From: Chitinophagaceae bacterium UBA2375
GTDB lineage: Bacteria > Bacteroidota > Bacteroidia > Chitinophagales > Chitinophagaceae
Direction of reading: 5' to 3'
Length of the DNA: 64,000 nt
Assembly (NCBI GenBank): GCA_002343985.1
Contig: DDTB01000023.1
Coordinates: 11,758 to 75,757 of the forward strand
Part shown: positions 18,290 to 27,643 of the stretch, piece after piece
Position numbering within the stretch: position 1 is the stretch's first letter
Layout: the number at the start of each line of letters is the position of its first letter
Translations under genes and position numbers: made by a program
Notes under the pieces: generated by a model
The model's input: only the letters and a program-made list of their open reading frames with translations
What the model was told of the DNA's origin: nothing
Database searches by the model: none

Positions 18290-20626
18290 TCACTCCACAA
18301 TCCTGAGTTTGGCGTAATTGAGCATGATCTTCTTTTCCCCGTTCAAATCAAACTGGATAGTGGCGATGGGATTATGCGAAGCGCCTTCCAGCTTCTTTAT
18401 TTCCCCGAACCCAAACTTCTGGTGCTCCACACGTTGACCGGCCTGCAAGTCGCGCGTATCACTGGCCACAAAATCGGGGGATGGCACATGCTCCTTAAGC
18501 GCTACACGAGCAGGCTGGCTGCTCACATAGGTAGGCTTTGATGCAGCTTCTCTTTCAGGTTGGCGGTTGCCGGGGGATGGAAATCCGCGGTGCATCCTTT
18601 CAAATGCAGTTCCCATGCCCCTTCCGCTCGACGCGTTGTTCCTCGACGTACTGCCCGCGTAACTTTTATCCAGGAAATTTTCCGGTATCTCTTCCAAAAA
18701 CCTGCTGGGGTCATTTTGCTGCAATTGCCCGAAACGGTACCGGGCATTGGCATAACTCAAATACAATTTTGCTTTAGCGCGGGTTACAGCCACATAAAAC
18801 AACCTGCGCTCTTCTTCCAGTTCCTCTCGCGAATTGATGCTCATCGCGTTCGGGAACAGCGTTTCCTCCAGTCCGCCTACAAACACCACCGGGAACTCCA
18901 GCCCCTTGGCGGCGTGAATGGTCATCAGCTTCACCGAGTCGGCATCTTCCTGGTCATCATCCGCATCCGTAAGCAACGTGATCTGTTGCAGGTAAGCGCC
19001 AAGGTCTTTCTCGCCCACTTCGCCATCTTCTTCATTCATCGGCGTTTCGGTGAATTCCTTGATGGAGTTCAGCAATTCCTGCACGTTCTCATACCGCGCA
19101 AGGCCTTCCGTGGTTTTATCGTTGAAGAGCTCTTTTACTATTCCTGTATTCTTTCCCACAATCATCGCCAGGTCATACGCGTTCTTGCGTTCCAGTTCGC
19201 TGCGGAACATATTCATCATCGTCACAAAAGCGTCTATGCATTCCAGTGTGTTGCTCTTGAAACCATAGATGGCCGCGTTCGACAGCACATCCCAGGCACT
19301 GATGCCCTGGTTGTTGGCCAGCATGATCACTTTCTCCATCGTTGTTTTTCCAATACCCCGCACCGGGTAATTGATGATGCGCTTCAGCGATTCCTCTTCC
19401 TTTGGATTGACCACGAGGCGGAGATATGCCAGGAAATCCTTGACTTCCTTGCGCTGGTAGAAACTGATGCCCCCGTAAATACGGTACGCGATGCCCATCC
19501 TCCGGAGCGATTCCTCAAAACTCCGGCTCTGCGCGTTGGTGCGGTACAATATCGCGAAATCGCGGTTGCGGAAATGCTCGCGCAGCTTGAGTTCCTGGAT
19601 GCTGTCTGCCACCATCTTTCCTTCATCATTATCGGTCATGGTGCGCACCAGCCTGATCTTGTCGCCCTCCATATTGTCGGTAAACAACCGCTTCTCAATC
19701 TGCCCCTTATTATTGCCAATGATCTCATTGGCCACATGGATGATGTTTTTGGTGCTGCGGTAATTCTGTTCCAGTTTCACCACTTCCACTTCATCATAAT
19801 CCTTTTGAAACTGGAGGATGTTTTCAATGGTCGCGCCCCTGAAGCTGTAGATGCTTTGCGCGTCGTCGCCCACCACACATACGTTTTCGTGCATGGCGCC
19901 CAGGAGTTTGATGATTTCATACTGCGCCGGGTTGGTATCCTGGTACTCATCAATCAGGATGTACCTGAACTTCCGTTGATACTTAATCAACGCGTCCGGG
20001 AATTGCTTGAGCAGTTTATACATGTTCAGCAACAGGTCATCGAAATCCATCGCGCCGTTTTTAAAACAACGCTTGACGTATGCCTGGTAAATCGCGCCCA
20101 GCATGGGCCTGTTTGATCGGCTGTCTTCCTGCTGCAGCATCCAGTCGTTGGCATATTCATCAGGGCCCACAAGACTGTTCTTGGCAGATGATATGCGGTT
20201 GTACACCACATTGGGCTTATACTGCTTATCATCGAGGTTCATCTCCTGGATAACGGCCTTCACCACACTTTTGGCATCATCGGTATCATAAATGGTGAAA
20301 TTGGATGGATAACCCAATTTGGTGGCTTCGGAACGTAGGATGCGCGCGAATACACTGTGAAATGTGCCGATATACAGGTTCCTGGCTTCGGCATTACCCA
20401 ATACACGCTCAATGCGTTCCTTCATTTCAGCAGCCGCTTTGTTGGTGAAGGTCAGGGCGAGGATGTTAAAGGGATCTACCTGGTGTGCGCCCATCAGGTG
20501 CGCGATGCGCGTGGTGAGGACCTTGGTTTTTCCGCTTCCCGCACCCGCAATAATCATAATTGGACCGTCTTTATGCAATACCGCTTTCTTTTGCGGCTCA
20601 TTCAACTCATCGAGGTACTTATACAT
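18290..20626 (-). CDS. pcrA: UvrD/PcrA superfamily 1 helicase
   Basis: AGAGSGKT, DEYQDTN, VGDDAQSIY, LEQNYRST, TIHAAKGLEF, EEERRLFYV. Start set at MYKYL, 4 nt after a -7 box. Confidence 0.95.
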   Translation of the reverse strand: MYKYLDELNEPQKKAVLHKDGPIMIIAGAGSGKTKVLTTRIAHLMGAHQVDPFNILALTFTNKAAAEMKERIERVLGNAEARNLYIGTFHSVFARILRSEATKLGYPSNFTIYDTDDAKSVVKAVIQEMNLDDKQYKPNVVYNRISSAKNSLVGPDEYANDWMLQQEDSRSNRPMLGAIYQAYVKRCFKNGAMDFDDLLLNMYKLLKQFPDALIKYQRKFRYILIDEYQDTNPAQYEIIKLLGAMHENVCVVGDDAQSIYSFRGATIENILQFQKDYDEVEVVKLEQNYRSTKNIIHVANEIIGNNKGQIEKRLFTDNMEGDKIRLVRTMTDNDEGKMVADSIQELKLREHFRNRDFAILYRTNAQSRSFEESLRRMGIAYRIYGGISFYQRKEVKDFLAYLRLVVNPKEEESLKRIINYPVRGIGKTTMEKVIMLANNQGISAWDVLSNAAIYGFKSNTLECIDAFVTMMNMFRSELERKNAYDLAMIVGKNTGIVKELFNDKTTEGLARYENVQELLNSIKEFTETPMNEEDGEVGEKDLGAYLQQITLLTDADDDQEDADSVKLMTIHAAKGLEFPVVFVGGLEETLFPNAMSINSREELEEERRLFYVAVTRAKAKLYLSYANARYRFGQLQQNDPSRFLEEIPENFLDKSYAGSTSRNNASSGRGMGTAFERMHRGFPSPGNRQPEREAASKPTYVSSQPARVALKEHVPSPDFVASDTRDLQAGQRVEHQKFGFGEIKKLEGASHNPIATIQFDLNGEKKIMLNYAKLRIVE

Positions 20627-20630
20627 GCTG

Positions 20631-20638
20631 CAAAGGTA
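20631..20638 (-). promoter_or_regulatory. Bacteroidota -7 box TACCTTTG for pcrA
   Basis: Matches TAnnTTTG. Confidence 0.6.
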
Positions 20639-20744
20639 CGAAGGGGATCGCGAGGGCCGGGTGGCCCCACTCAAAATTTTGTTCACGCCCCCCGTTGATC
20701 ACTGTAAATCAGGCTAAAAGCGGATTTTTTTGTAATTTGGCGGC

Positions 20745-21116
20745 ATGATCACGCGTTTTTCCGCCTCCAAAGGGATACTCTGTACCCTGCTAACGGCACT
20801 GACATTTTTTACAGCCTGTGAAAAATCAAACCCCAGTAACCCGGCACAGGGCGGACAATTACCTACCAGGTATGTAACCATCCGCGATACTGCGATCATC
20901 CCTTCCGTACTTACTATTGCCGTTGGCAATTCCATTACCTTTCTTAACCAGTCAGCTTCCGTAAAATCCGTGGTATCCGACGACAGTACCACCATACTCA
21001 CCGGGCCCATCGCCCCGGGCGCCTCATTCTTTTATAAAAAAGATACCACCGGCACATTCGGTTACCGCTGCCTCGAAGACCCCTTGCTGCGCGGCACCAT
21101 CATCATCAACCCCTGA
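20745..21116 (+). CDS. Lipoprotein with cupredoxin-like fold and degenerate Cu site
   Basis: FFTAC lipobox; plastocyanin-like pattern TIAVGNSITF.N...PG......GTFGYRC. Confidence 0.65.
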   Translation: MITRFSASKGILCTLLTALTFFTACEKSNPSNPAQGGQLPTRYVTIRDTAIIPSVLTIAVGNSITFLNQSASVKSVVSDDSTTILTGPIAPGASFFYKKDTTGTFGYRCLEDPLLRGTIIINP

Positions 21117-21284
21117 TTTTACTGCACTGCATCCTGTTTGTACCATTGCCCATCGGCAATGTGGGAATTTTTTTGGCCAGGCACAATAAAATATTTTCGA
21201 ATTCCCAGGCGGGTATAAACAATAAAACCGGCCTCTAAACGCTTATATATCAACCTGATTGATCAGGCCATCCAAAAGAAACCT

Positions 21285-21362
21285 ATGAAACCCCAGTCCT
21301 ACCTTGCCCAACGCGGCATTCCCTTTTACATACCGGACAAAGGTTCAGACGATATAGATTGA
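21285..21362 (+). CDS. Candidate small protein MKPQSYLAQRGIPFYIPDKGSDDID
   Basis: 25 codons, A-rich upstream region, followed by hairpins and a terminator; below the ORF-track cutoff. Confidence 0.4.
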   Translation: MKPQSYLAQRGIPFYIPDKGSDDID

Positions 21363-21407
21363 CAGCAATGTCAGCACGATTTTTTGTTAGGCACTACAGG
21401 ACAACAA

Positions 21408-21441
21408 GGAGCCCCGGTATTGGACGGGGCTTCTTCATTTT
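21408..21441. terminator. Intrinsic terminator, probably bidirectional
   Basis: GGAGCCCCG/CGGGGCTTC stem plus T-run. Confidence 0.75.
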
Positions 21442-21442
21442 T

Positions 21443-22135
21443 TTAAGGAGAGATGTACGCGTACGCGATGAACTGCATGGCGATGGCGGAGAGAAATCCA
21501 ATGTAAATGTCTTTAGGCAGGTGCGCGCCCATCACTAACCTTGACGTACACACGAAACCGGAAATCAGCAAAGCCAGTGCCAGCGGCCAGGTCATCATCA
21601 TGTTGTTTGTCCAGGCCAGGATCAGCAGCAGGCCCACCATCCCGCCGAGGCCTATCGCGTGCATGCTCACTTTCATATAGATATTCAGGATCAGGGCGAG
21701 GGAAGCTGCTAAAAAAGCGCCCAGCACAAAAGAAGTCAATGCCATGGGGTAATGAGGCTGCTGGCGGAACACTGTGAAAGCCCAGAAATAAAATATGCCT
21801 GCGGCGATATAGGGAATGATCCTGTCTTTTTGCCCGCGCAGGTATATGGATTCAATAAAGCCAAGGGCTTTCAGCAACAATACGGTGATTAAGGGAAAGA
21901 AAACCAGGTTCAGTATAATGATGAGCAGCGTTTGCCTGCGTTCCCCATCGCCGAAACCGGAAAATGCGGATGGGTGTATGTACAATAAAAAGATGGCCAC
22001 ATACACCGGAATAAACAAGGGGTGGAATATGTACGAGAAGCATTTCGCCGCCAACCTGACCCATATTGGATACAATGCCGGCTGGTCATGTTCCTCACGG
22101 GAAGGCTTATCCGATATGTACACAGTGTCCGTCAT
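21443..22135 (-). CDS. PAP2-like membrane protein downstream of rpoN
   Basis: SYIFHPLFIP, KVSMHAIG, TSRL...AH; multi-TM. Confidence 0.7.
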   Translation of the reverse strand: MTDTVYISDKPSREEHDQPALYPIWVRLAAKCFSYIFHPLFIPVYVAIFLLYIHPSAFSGFGDGERRQTLLIIILNLVFFPLITVLLLKALGFIESIYLRGQKDRIIPYIAAGIFYFWAFTVFRQQPHYPMALTSFVLGAFLAASLALILNIYMKVSMHAIGLGGMVGLLLILAWTNNMMMTWPLALALLISGFVCTSRLVMGAHLPKDIYIGFLSAIAMQFIAYAYISP

Positions 22136-22155
22136 CCATGCGAAGGTAAAGGGTT

Positions 22156-23640
22156 CTAAAGGATCTTGCGCAACCTGGCCACGGGTATGTTTAATTGTTC
22201 GCGGTATTTGGCCACGGTACGGCGCGCGATATTATATCCTTTTTCCTGGAGAAGTTCGGTCAGCCTTTCATCGCTGTATGGCTGCTTCTTGCTTTCCTCT
22301 TCAATTAAATCAGATAAAATTTTCTTGACTTCACGGGTACTCACTTCTTCCCCGCTTTCGGTTTGCAGGCTCTCGCTGAAGAAAAACTTCAATCGGTATG
22401 TGCCGAATTCCGTTTGTACAAATTTGCTGTTGGCCACACGGCTCACAGTGGAGATATCCAGTCCGGTGCGTTCGGCTATATCTTTCAGGATCATCGGCTT
22501 CAGTTCCGTTTCATCTCCAGTGAGGAAAAACTCATACTGGTAATGCATGATGGATTCCATGGTATTCATCAGGGTTTCCTGCCTTTGCCGGATGGCATCA
22601 ATGAACCATTTCGCGGAATCAATTTTCTGCTTAATAAATAAAACGGCTTCTTTCTGTCGCTTATCTTTCTTCGATCCTTTTTCGTAATCCTTCAGCATAT
22701 CCCTGTAGCCTTCGCTGATGCGGAGATCGGGCGCGTTCTTGCTGTTGAGGGATAATTCAAGCCGGCCGTTATTGTTCACAATAAAAAAGTCGGGTATTAC
22801 ATATTGCTCGGCCTGGTTATTGCCTTCCACATATCCGCCGGGCTTGGGGTTGAGGCGTATGATCTGGTTGATGACTTCACGCAATTGTTCGTCATTCAGG
22901 TCGAGGCCGCGCTGTATTTTTTCGTAATGTTTTTTGGTGAACTCATCAAAGTACTTCTCCAGTACCCTGATGGCCAGTATAACGGAAGGGCTTTCATCGG
23001 CTTTGCGCCTGAGTTGCAGGAGCAAACATTCCTGCAGGTTGCGGGCGGCTACCCCCGCCGGGTCAAACTGCTGGATCATGGATACGAGTTCTTCCACCCT
23101 CGCTTCAGGCACTTCAAGGTTTTGCCGGAAAGCCAGGTCGTCTACAATCGCCGTAGTATCCCTGCGCAGGTAACCATCGTCATCGAGGCTGCCAATAATT
23201 TGCTCCGCGATCCGGTGGTCTTCCTCCGAGAGGTTTTGCATGCCTAATTGCTGCATCATCAGTTCAATAAAACTGGTTTCCACTTTATGCGGTATCACGC
23301 GCTTATCGTCGAGTTCCGGGTAATTATCGTCCCTGAGCCGATAATCGCCCACTTCATCGTCGCCATCCTGCACATATTCACTGATATCAATCTGCTCGTA
23401 ATCCTCCTCGCTGCCATCCGGTTCGCTTTCATCGGATTCAGGAGTACTAAATTCATCCACCGGTTCAAATTCGTCGGAATAGTCTTCATCCCCTTGTTCA
23501 AGCGCCGGGTTTTCCTCAATTTCTTCCTTGATCCTTTCTTCCAGTTGGGCAGTAGGCACCTGCAGCAGTTTCATGAGCTGAATCTGCTGGGGCGATAATT
23601 TTTGCAGCAATTTTTGCTGTAAGCCCTGATGCATTGCCAT
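22156..23640 (-). CDS. rpoN: RNA polymerase sigma-54
   Basis: QKLSPQQIQLMKLLQ, LDISTVSRV, RpoN box ARRTVAKYR. Confidence 0.97.
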   Translation of the reverse strand: MAMHQGLQQKLLQKLSPQQIQLMKLLQVPTAQLEERIKEEIEENPALEQGDEDYSDEFEPVDEFSTPESDESEPDGSEEDYEQIDISEYVQDGDDEVGDYRLRDDNYPELDDKRVIPHKVETSFIELMMQQLGMQNLSEEDHRIAEQIIGSLDDDGYLRRDTTAIVDDLAFRQNLEVPEARVEELVSMIQQFDPAGVAARNLQECLLLQLRRKADESPSVILAIRVLEKYFDEFTKKHYEKIQRGLDLNDEQLREVINQIIRLNPKPGGYVEGNNQAEQYVIPDFFIVNNNGRLELSLNSKNAPDLRISEGYRDMLKDYEKGSKKDKRQKEAVLFIKQKIDSAKWFIDAIRQRQETLMNTMESIMHYQYEFFLTGDETELKPMILKDIAERTGLDISTVSRVANSKFVQTEFGTYRLKFFFSESLQTESGEEVSTREVKKILSDLIEEESKKQPYSDERLTELLQEKGYNIARRTVAKYREQLNIPVARLRKIL

Positions 23641-23834
23641 AGGATGAATGCCCTGTTTTTACTGGTTTTTATTGCCTCCTGACCATGTAAAATTACATGT
23701 TTGCCTTTCTTTTTTTCATCAAAATCGGGAAAACAGGAAAATTTGCACGGTTTTTGTGGCAAAGGACGCTTTTTCTCCTTTTTTCAGGCACAATTCCGTG
23801 TTAAAATATGGGAAGATGACCGCTGAAAACGACC

Positions 23835-25055
23835 TTATTTCACTTTGGGCGTGGGTGCCGGTGTCTTGAAATAATTCAGACGGAGGCTATCGCTCCAGCC
23901 ATTCAGGTTTTTTTCAAATGATTTACTGCTGAAAAACGCCATGCCCTGCAATCCAGGGGTTTTGCGGATCTGCTCAATCTGCCTTGGCAACTGTGATTTA
24001 TCCTTCCAGGCCGCGTTGCTGCCCGCACGGTACATGGCAAGCCCGATATAACAGTTCTTACCATAGGTATTGCGGCTCCACCAATCAACCAGCACTTCAT
24101 AATCCGCCAGCGGGTGACCAATCTCCCAATACAACTGCGGCGTTACATAATCGATCCAACCTTTTTTCAACCACAATAATATATCCGCGTACAATACATC
24201 GTAGTTGGTGGGGCCGGCCTTGGTACGACTTCCATTGGGGTCTTTATCAACATTGCGCCATACGCCAAACGGACTGATCCCAAACTGGCATTCCGGGTTT
24301 TCGGCCTTGATTGCCCGGTATAATTTATGGATGATCGAATCGGTATTGCTCCTGCGCCAGTCGTCGCGCTTCATCCCCTTTCCGTATTTACGGAACGACT
24401 GATGATCAGGAAATTCTTTGCCCGGTATGGGATAAGGGTAAAAATAATCATCGAAATGGATCGCATCCACACTATACCGGCTCACTACATCGCGCACCAC
24501 CTGCGTCACAAAATCCTGCGCTTCCGGGTTCCCGGGATCGAAATATTTTTTGTCGCCGTAAGTCACAAACCATTGCGGGTGCAACCTCGTGATATGGTTC
24601 AGGGCGATGGAAGAACGGTGGATATTAAACACGGCACGGTAAGGGTTCATCCACGCGTGAAATTCCATTCCGCGTTTATGCGTTTCCGTTATCATGAATT
24701 CGAGCGGGTCGTAATAAGGTACGGGGGGTTGCCCCTGGCGCCCCGTCAGCCATTGGCTCCAGGGCTCAAACGGCGATGGGTACATGGCATCCGAGGCGGG
24801 ACGGATCTGCATGAACACGGCATTCATGCCATTGCGTTTGTGCATGTCCAGCAGGCGGATAAAGGAGGCTTTTTGCTCTTCGCTGTTTACCGTGGGCTTC
24901 TCGGGCCAGTCGATATTATCAACCGTCGCGATCCATACGGCGCGCATTTCTTCCTTTACCGGCGAAATGTCTGTGGCCAGGGGTTGGGCGCTGACAGCGG
25001 TTCCGGTGAGTAGTAGACTTATGATTGTACAGAGGTGTAACCAGTTTTGTTTCAT
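23835..25055 (-). CDS. Glycoside hydrolase family 10-like (GHL10, YddW/DigH-like)
   Basis: EMRAVWIATVDNIDWP, GMEFHAWMNPYR, IHFDDYFYP, FGISPFG, IDYVTPQLYW. Confidence 0.9.
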   Translation of the reverse strand: MKQNWLHLCTIISLLLTGTAVSAQPLATDISPVKEEMRAVWIATVDNIDWPEKPTVNSEEQKASFIRLLDMHKRNGMNAVFMQIRPASDAMYPSPFEPWSQWLTGRQGQPPVPYYDPLEFMITETHKRGMEFHAWMNPYRAVFNIHRSSIALNHITRLHPQWFVTYGDKKYFDPGNPEAQDFVTQVVRDVVSRYSVDAIHFDDYFYPYPIPGKEFPDHQSFRKYGKGMKRDDWRRSNTDSIIHKLYRAIKAENPECQFGISPFGVWRNVDKDPNGSRTKAGPTNYDVLYADILLWLKKGWIDYVTPQLYWEIGHPLADYEVLVDWWSRNTYGKNCYIGLAMYRAGSNAAWKDKSQLPRQIEQIRKTPGLQGMAFFSSKSFEKNLNGWSDSLRLNYFKTPAPTPKVK

Positions 25056-25504
25056 GGAACAGATCGGATTTTATCCAGCATTGCATTCAACTTCGCCACT
25101 TCATCCGCATCCAGCCGGCTGAATACGGCATCCAGCTCATCCTGGCGCAGATCAAATTTCTCCAGCAATTTCCTTCCTTTTTCTGTAATCGACACATCTA
25201 CCAGCCTTTTATCTGTCTCGCAGGTCTCTTTTTTAACAAGTCCTTTTATAACCATCCTGTCAACAATCCGGCTCGTATCGCTCATCCGGTCGAGCATACG
25301 CTGCCTGATTTGCAGGGTGGATATGGGCTTGCCGGCCCCACGCAGGATGCGCAGGATGTTAAACTGCTGCCCGGTGATGCCCTCGGCCTCAAAGAAAACC
25401 TTCAGGCGCTCATTCAACCAGTTATACGTGTAAATAAAGTTGACCACAGCCTTGTGGTGTTCATTGCGGAACCTGGTTTGTGATATGTCTTGTTCAATAC
25501 CCAT
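25052..25504 (-). CDS. MarR family regulator
   Basis: QQFNILRILRG, SDTSRIVDRM, DKRLVDVSIT; ATGA overlap with the GHL10 gene. Confidence 0.9.
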   Translation of the reverse strand: MGIEQDISQTRFRNEHHKAVVNFIYTYNWLNERLKVFFEAEGITGQQFNILRILRGAGKPISTLQIRQRMLDRMSDTSRIVDRMVIKGLVKKETCETDKRLVDVSITEKGRKLLEKFDLRQDELDAVFSRLDADEVAKLNAMLDKIRSVP

Positions 25505-25524
25505 GCTGAAATGATGGTACAAAG

Positions 25525-26553
25525 TTACGTCAGCGCGGCCTCTTCCTCTTCATCCCCGAACTCATTAAAGTAAATTTTAACGAGAATAATAAAATAACTG
25601 AAAAGCAACGGCCCGAATACAAGCCCCATAAAACCGAACAAACCTAACCCCACAATCACACCGAGAACAGTCACCACCGGGTGCACATCCCCCATCCGCT
25701 TCATCAGGCTCATCCTGGCCAGGTAATCAACGTTGCCCGTCACCAACAGGCTATACAGGCCAAGGCCTACGGATGGCCATAGCGCTCCTGTGGCGTACAA
25801 TGATATCACCAGGGGTACCCAGATGATCATGGTGCCCACCACCGGGAAAAATGCAAATATGCCGGTGATGACGCCCCACATACCCCAATCACTGACGCCG
25901 AAAATCCAATAACCAATAGCCGCAAACACACCCTGTATCATGCTGATCAGCGGTATGCCCAACGCGTTGGCCCGGATCATCATCTTGGTTTCACTGGCCA
26001 GTTGATTGATGTTCTTAGGTTTCAAAGGGATCATCCTGCCCAAGGATTTTTCTATATCGCGACCGTTGTACAACAGGTAATAAAACAGGAAGAATAGCAT
26101 GATGATATTCGTAAGGATCGATGCAGTGCTGTTTAATAAAGAAGGCACAATCGATGTAATCTTCTTCGAAAATTCAGTAATGTTTTCAGGTGTGGCAATT
26201 TTAACGCCGCTGGCGTCTTCAATCCGGTGCGATAAATCCTTCAGCACCTGCACAATCGGCTCGGGATTATGTACAATCTGGTTGATCTTGGGCGAAATCA
26301 TCATCACCACAAAACCAATAGGTATGGCAATCAGCAATAAAAATGCAAAGATGAACAACAAAGCTGTCGGACCCTTCTTCCATTTACGCACCATGGTCAG
26401 TTGAAAATAACTGGCCCTGCTGAGGATGTACAACGTTACGGCGCCAAGTAGACCGGGCAGGAACGCGTACATCTCCCTGAACAATAAAATACCAATGAGG
26501 ATAATCAGCGCCAGTAAAATGATCTGGCGCAGGCGGTCGTTAAACGTTGGCAT
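25525..26553 (-). CDS. AI-2E family transporter
   Basis: Multi-TM; FFPVVGT, VHPVVTVLGVIVG...FG..GLVFGP. Confidence 0.88.
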   Translation of the reverse strand: MPTFNDRLRQIILLALIILIGILLFREMYAFLPGLLGAVTLYILSRASYFQLTMVRKWKKGPTALLFIFAFLLLIAIPIGFVVMMISPKINQIVHNPEPIVQVLKDLSHRIEDASGVKIATPENITEFSKKITSIVPSLLNSTASILTNIIMLFFLFYYLLYNGRDIEKSLGRMIPLKPKNINQLASETKMMIRANALGIPLISMIQGVFAAIGYWIFGVSDWGMWGVITGIFAFFPVVGTMIIWVPLVISLYATGALWPSVGLGLYSLLVTGNVDYLARMSLMKRMGDVHPVVTVLGVIVGLGLFGFMGLVFGPLLFSYFIILVKIYFNEFGDEEEEAALT

Positions 26554-26572
26554 ATACTTTCATTTGGATTTC

Positions 26573-27601
26573 TCAGCGCCAGACGGAAAGCCCCTCGCTG
26601 CAATTGGAGCAAATATCTATATTCTGGCGGCTTTTCATCAGTTTGGCCCGAAAAGCTTTGTATTCGGGGCTTGACCATACTTTACGGAAAGGCTGCTGGC
26701 GCAGGTTCCCCAGGGGATGGCTGGCGTCTTTATCGAAACAACAGGGCACCACCAACCCGTCCCAGGTGATCACATTCGCATGCCAGAGCTTCCAGCAATG
26801 GTTGGCGAGTTTGTTTTTGGGCGCGTACCTGCCATCGGGCAGCCGCTTGTACCGGCTGTACCGGTCAATGCCAGGGATCAGTTGGTTGGGGTCATGCTCA
26901 TAATCGTACACCTGGGCCGACTTAAACCATACATCGTCTACACCCAGTTCTTTCGCCAGGCGTTTCACATCATCCACCTGGTGCTCATTTGGTTTCACCA
27001 CCAAAAACTGGAAAACAATAAATGGTGTTTTGCTTTTCAATTCATTCTTCCACTTGACGATGTTTTTTGTGCCCTCTATCACTTTATCCAGCTTCCCGCC
27101 CACGCGGTATTGCTGGTACACATCCTGCGTGGTGCCATCAATGGATATGATGAGCCTGTCTAAACCGCTTTCAACTGTTTTTCGTGCAGCCGTTTCCGTT
27201 AGGTAGTGCGCGTTGGTGGATGTAGCCGTATAAATTTTTTTTGAAGCCGCGTAACGCACCATGTCGAGGAACTCCGGGTTCAGGTATGGCTCACCCTGGA
27301 AATAAAAAATGAGGTAGAGAAGATGCGAATGGATATCGTCGATGGTTTGCCGGAAAAAATCCGTTTGCAGCATGCCCGTCGGCCTGGTAAAAGCCCTGAG
27401 CCCGCTGGGGCATTCGGGGCAACGCAGGTTGCAGGATGTGGTTGGCTCAAATGAAATGGAAACGGGCAAGCCCCATTGTACCGGGCGGCCGCTGATCCTG
27501 CTGAAGTAATAACTCGACAGCACTTTCAGTCCATTCCAGGCTCGGGCGAACGTGAGCTTGCGGGTTAAATTGAGGGTATCCTGCACATTGATCCGGGGCA
27601 T
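26573..27601 (-). CDS. Radical SAM/SPASM domain protein
   Basis: CNLRCPEC, QGEPYLNP; C-terminal CWKLW..CCFD..CSNC. Confidence 0.9.
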   Translation of the reverse strand: MPRINVQDTLNLTRKLTFARAWNGLKVLSSYYFSRISGRPVQWGLPVSISFEPTTSCNLRCPECPSGLRAFTRPTGMLQTDFFRQTIDDIHSHLLYLIFYFQGEPYLNPEFLDMVRYAASKKIYTATSTNAHYLTETAARKTVESGLDRLIISIDGTTQDVYQQYRVGGKLDKVIEGTKNIVKWKNELKSKTPFIVFQFLVVKPNEHQVDDVKRLAKELGVDDVWFKSAQVYDYEHDPNQLIPGIDRYSRYKRLPDGRYAPKNKLANHCWKLWHANVITWDGLVVPCCFDKDASHPLGNLRQQPFRKVWSSPEYKAFRAKLMKSRQNIDICSNCSEGLSVWR

Positions 27602-27643
27602 ACCGCAAAAATATGGTATCTGCGCCACGGGCAATCAACCCGT

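Noticed and set aside
18560-20116. 518-aa ORF antisense to pcrA
   Set aside because: Exact antisense shadow of a conserved gene with biased codon usage; no recognisable motifs
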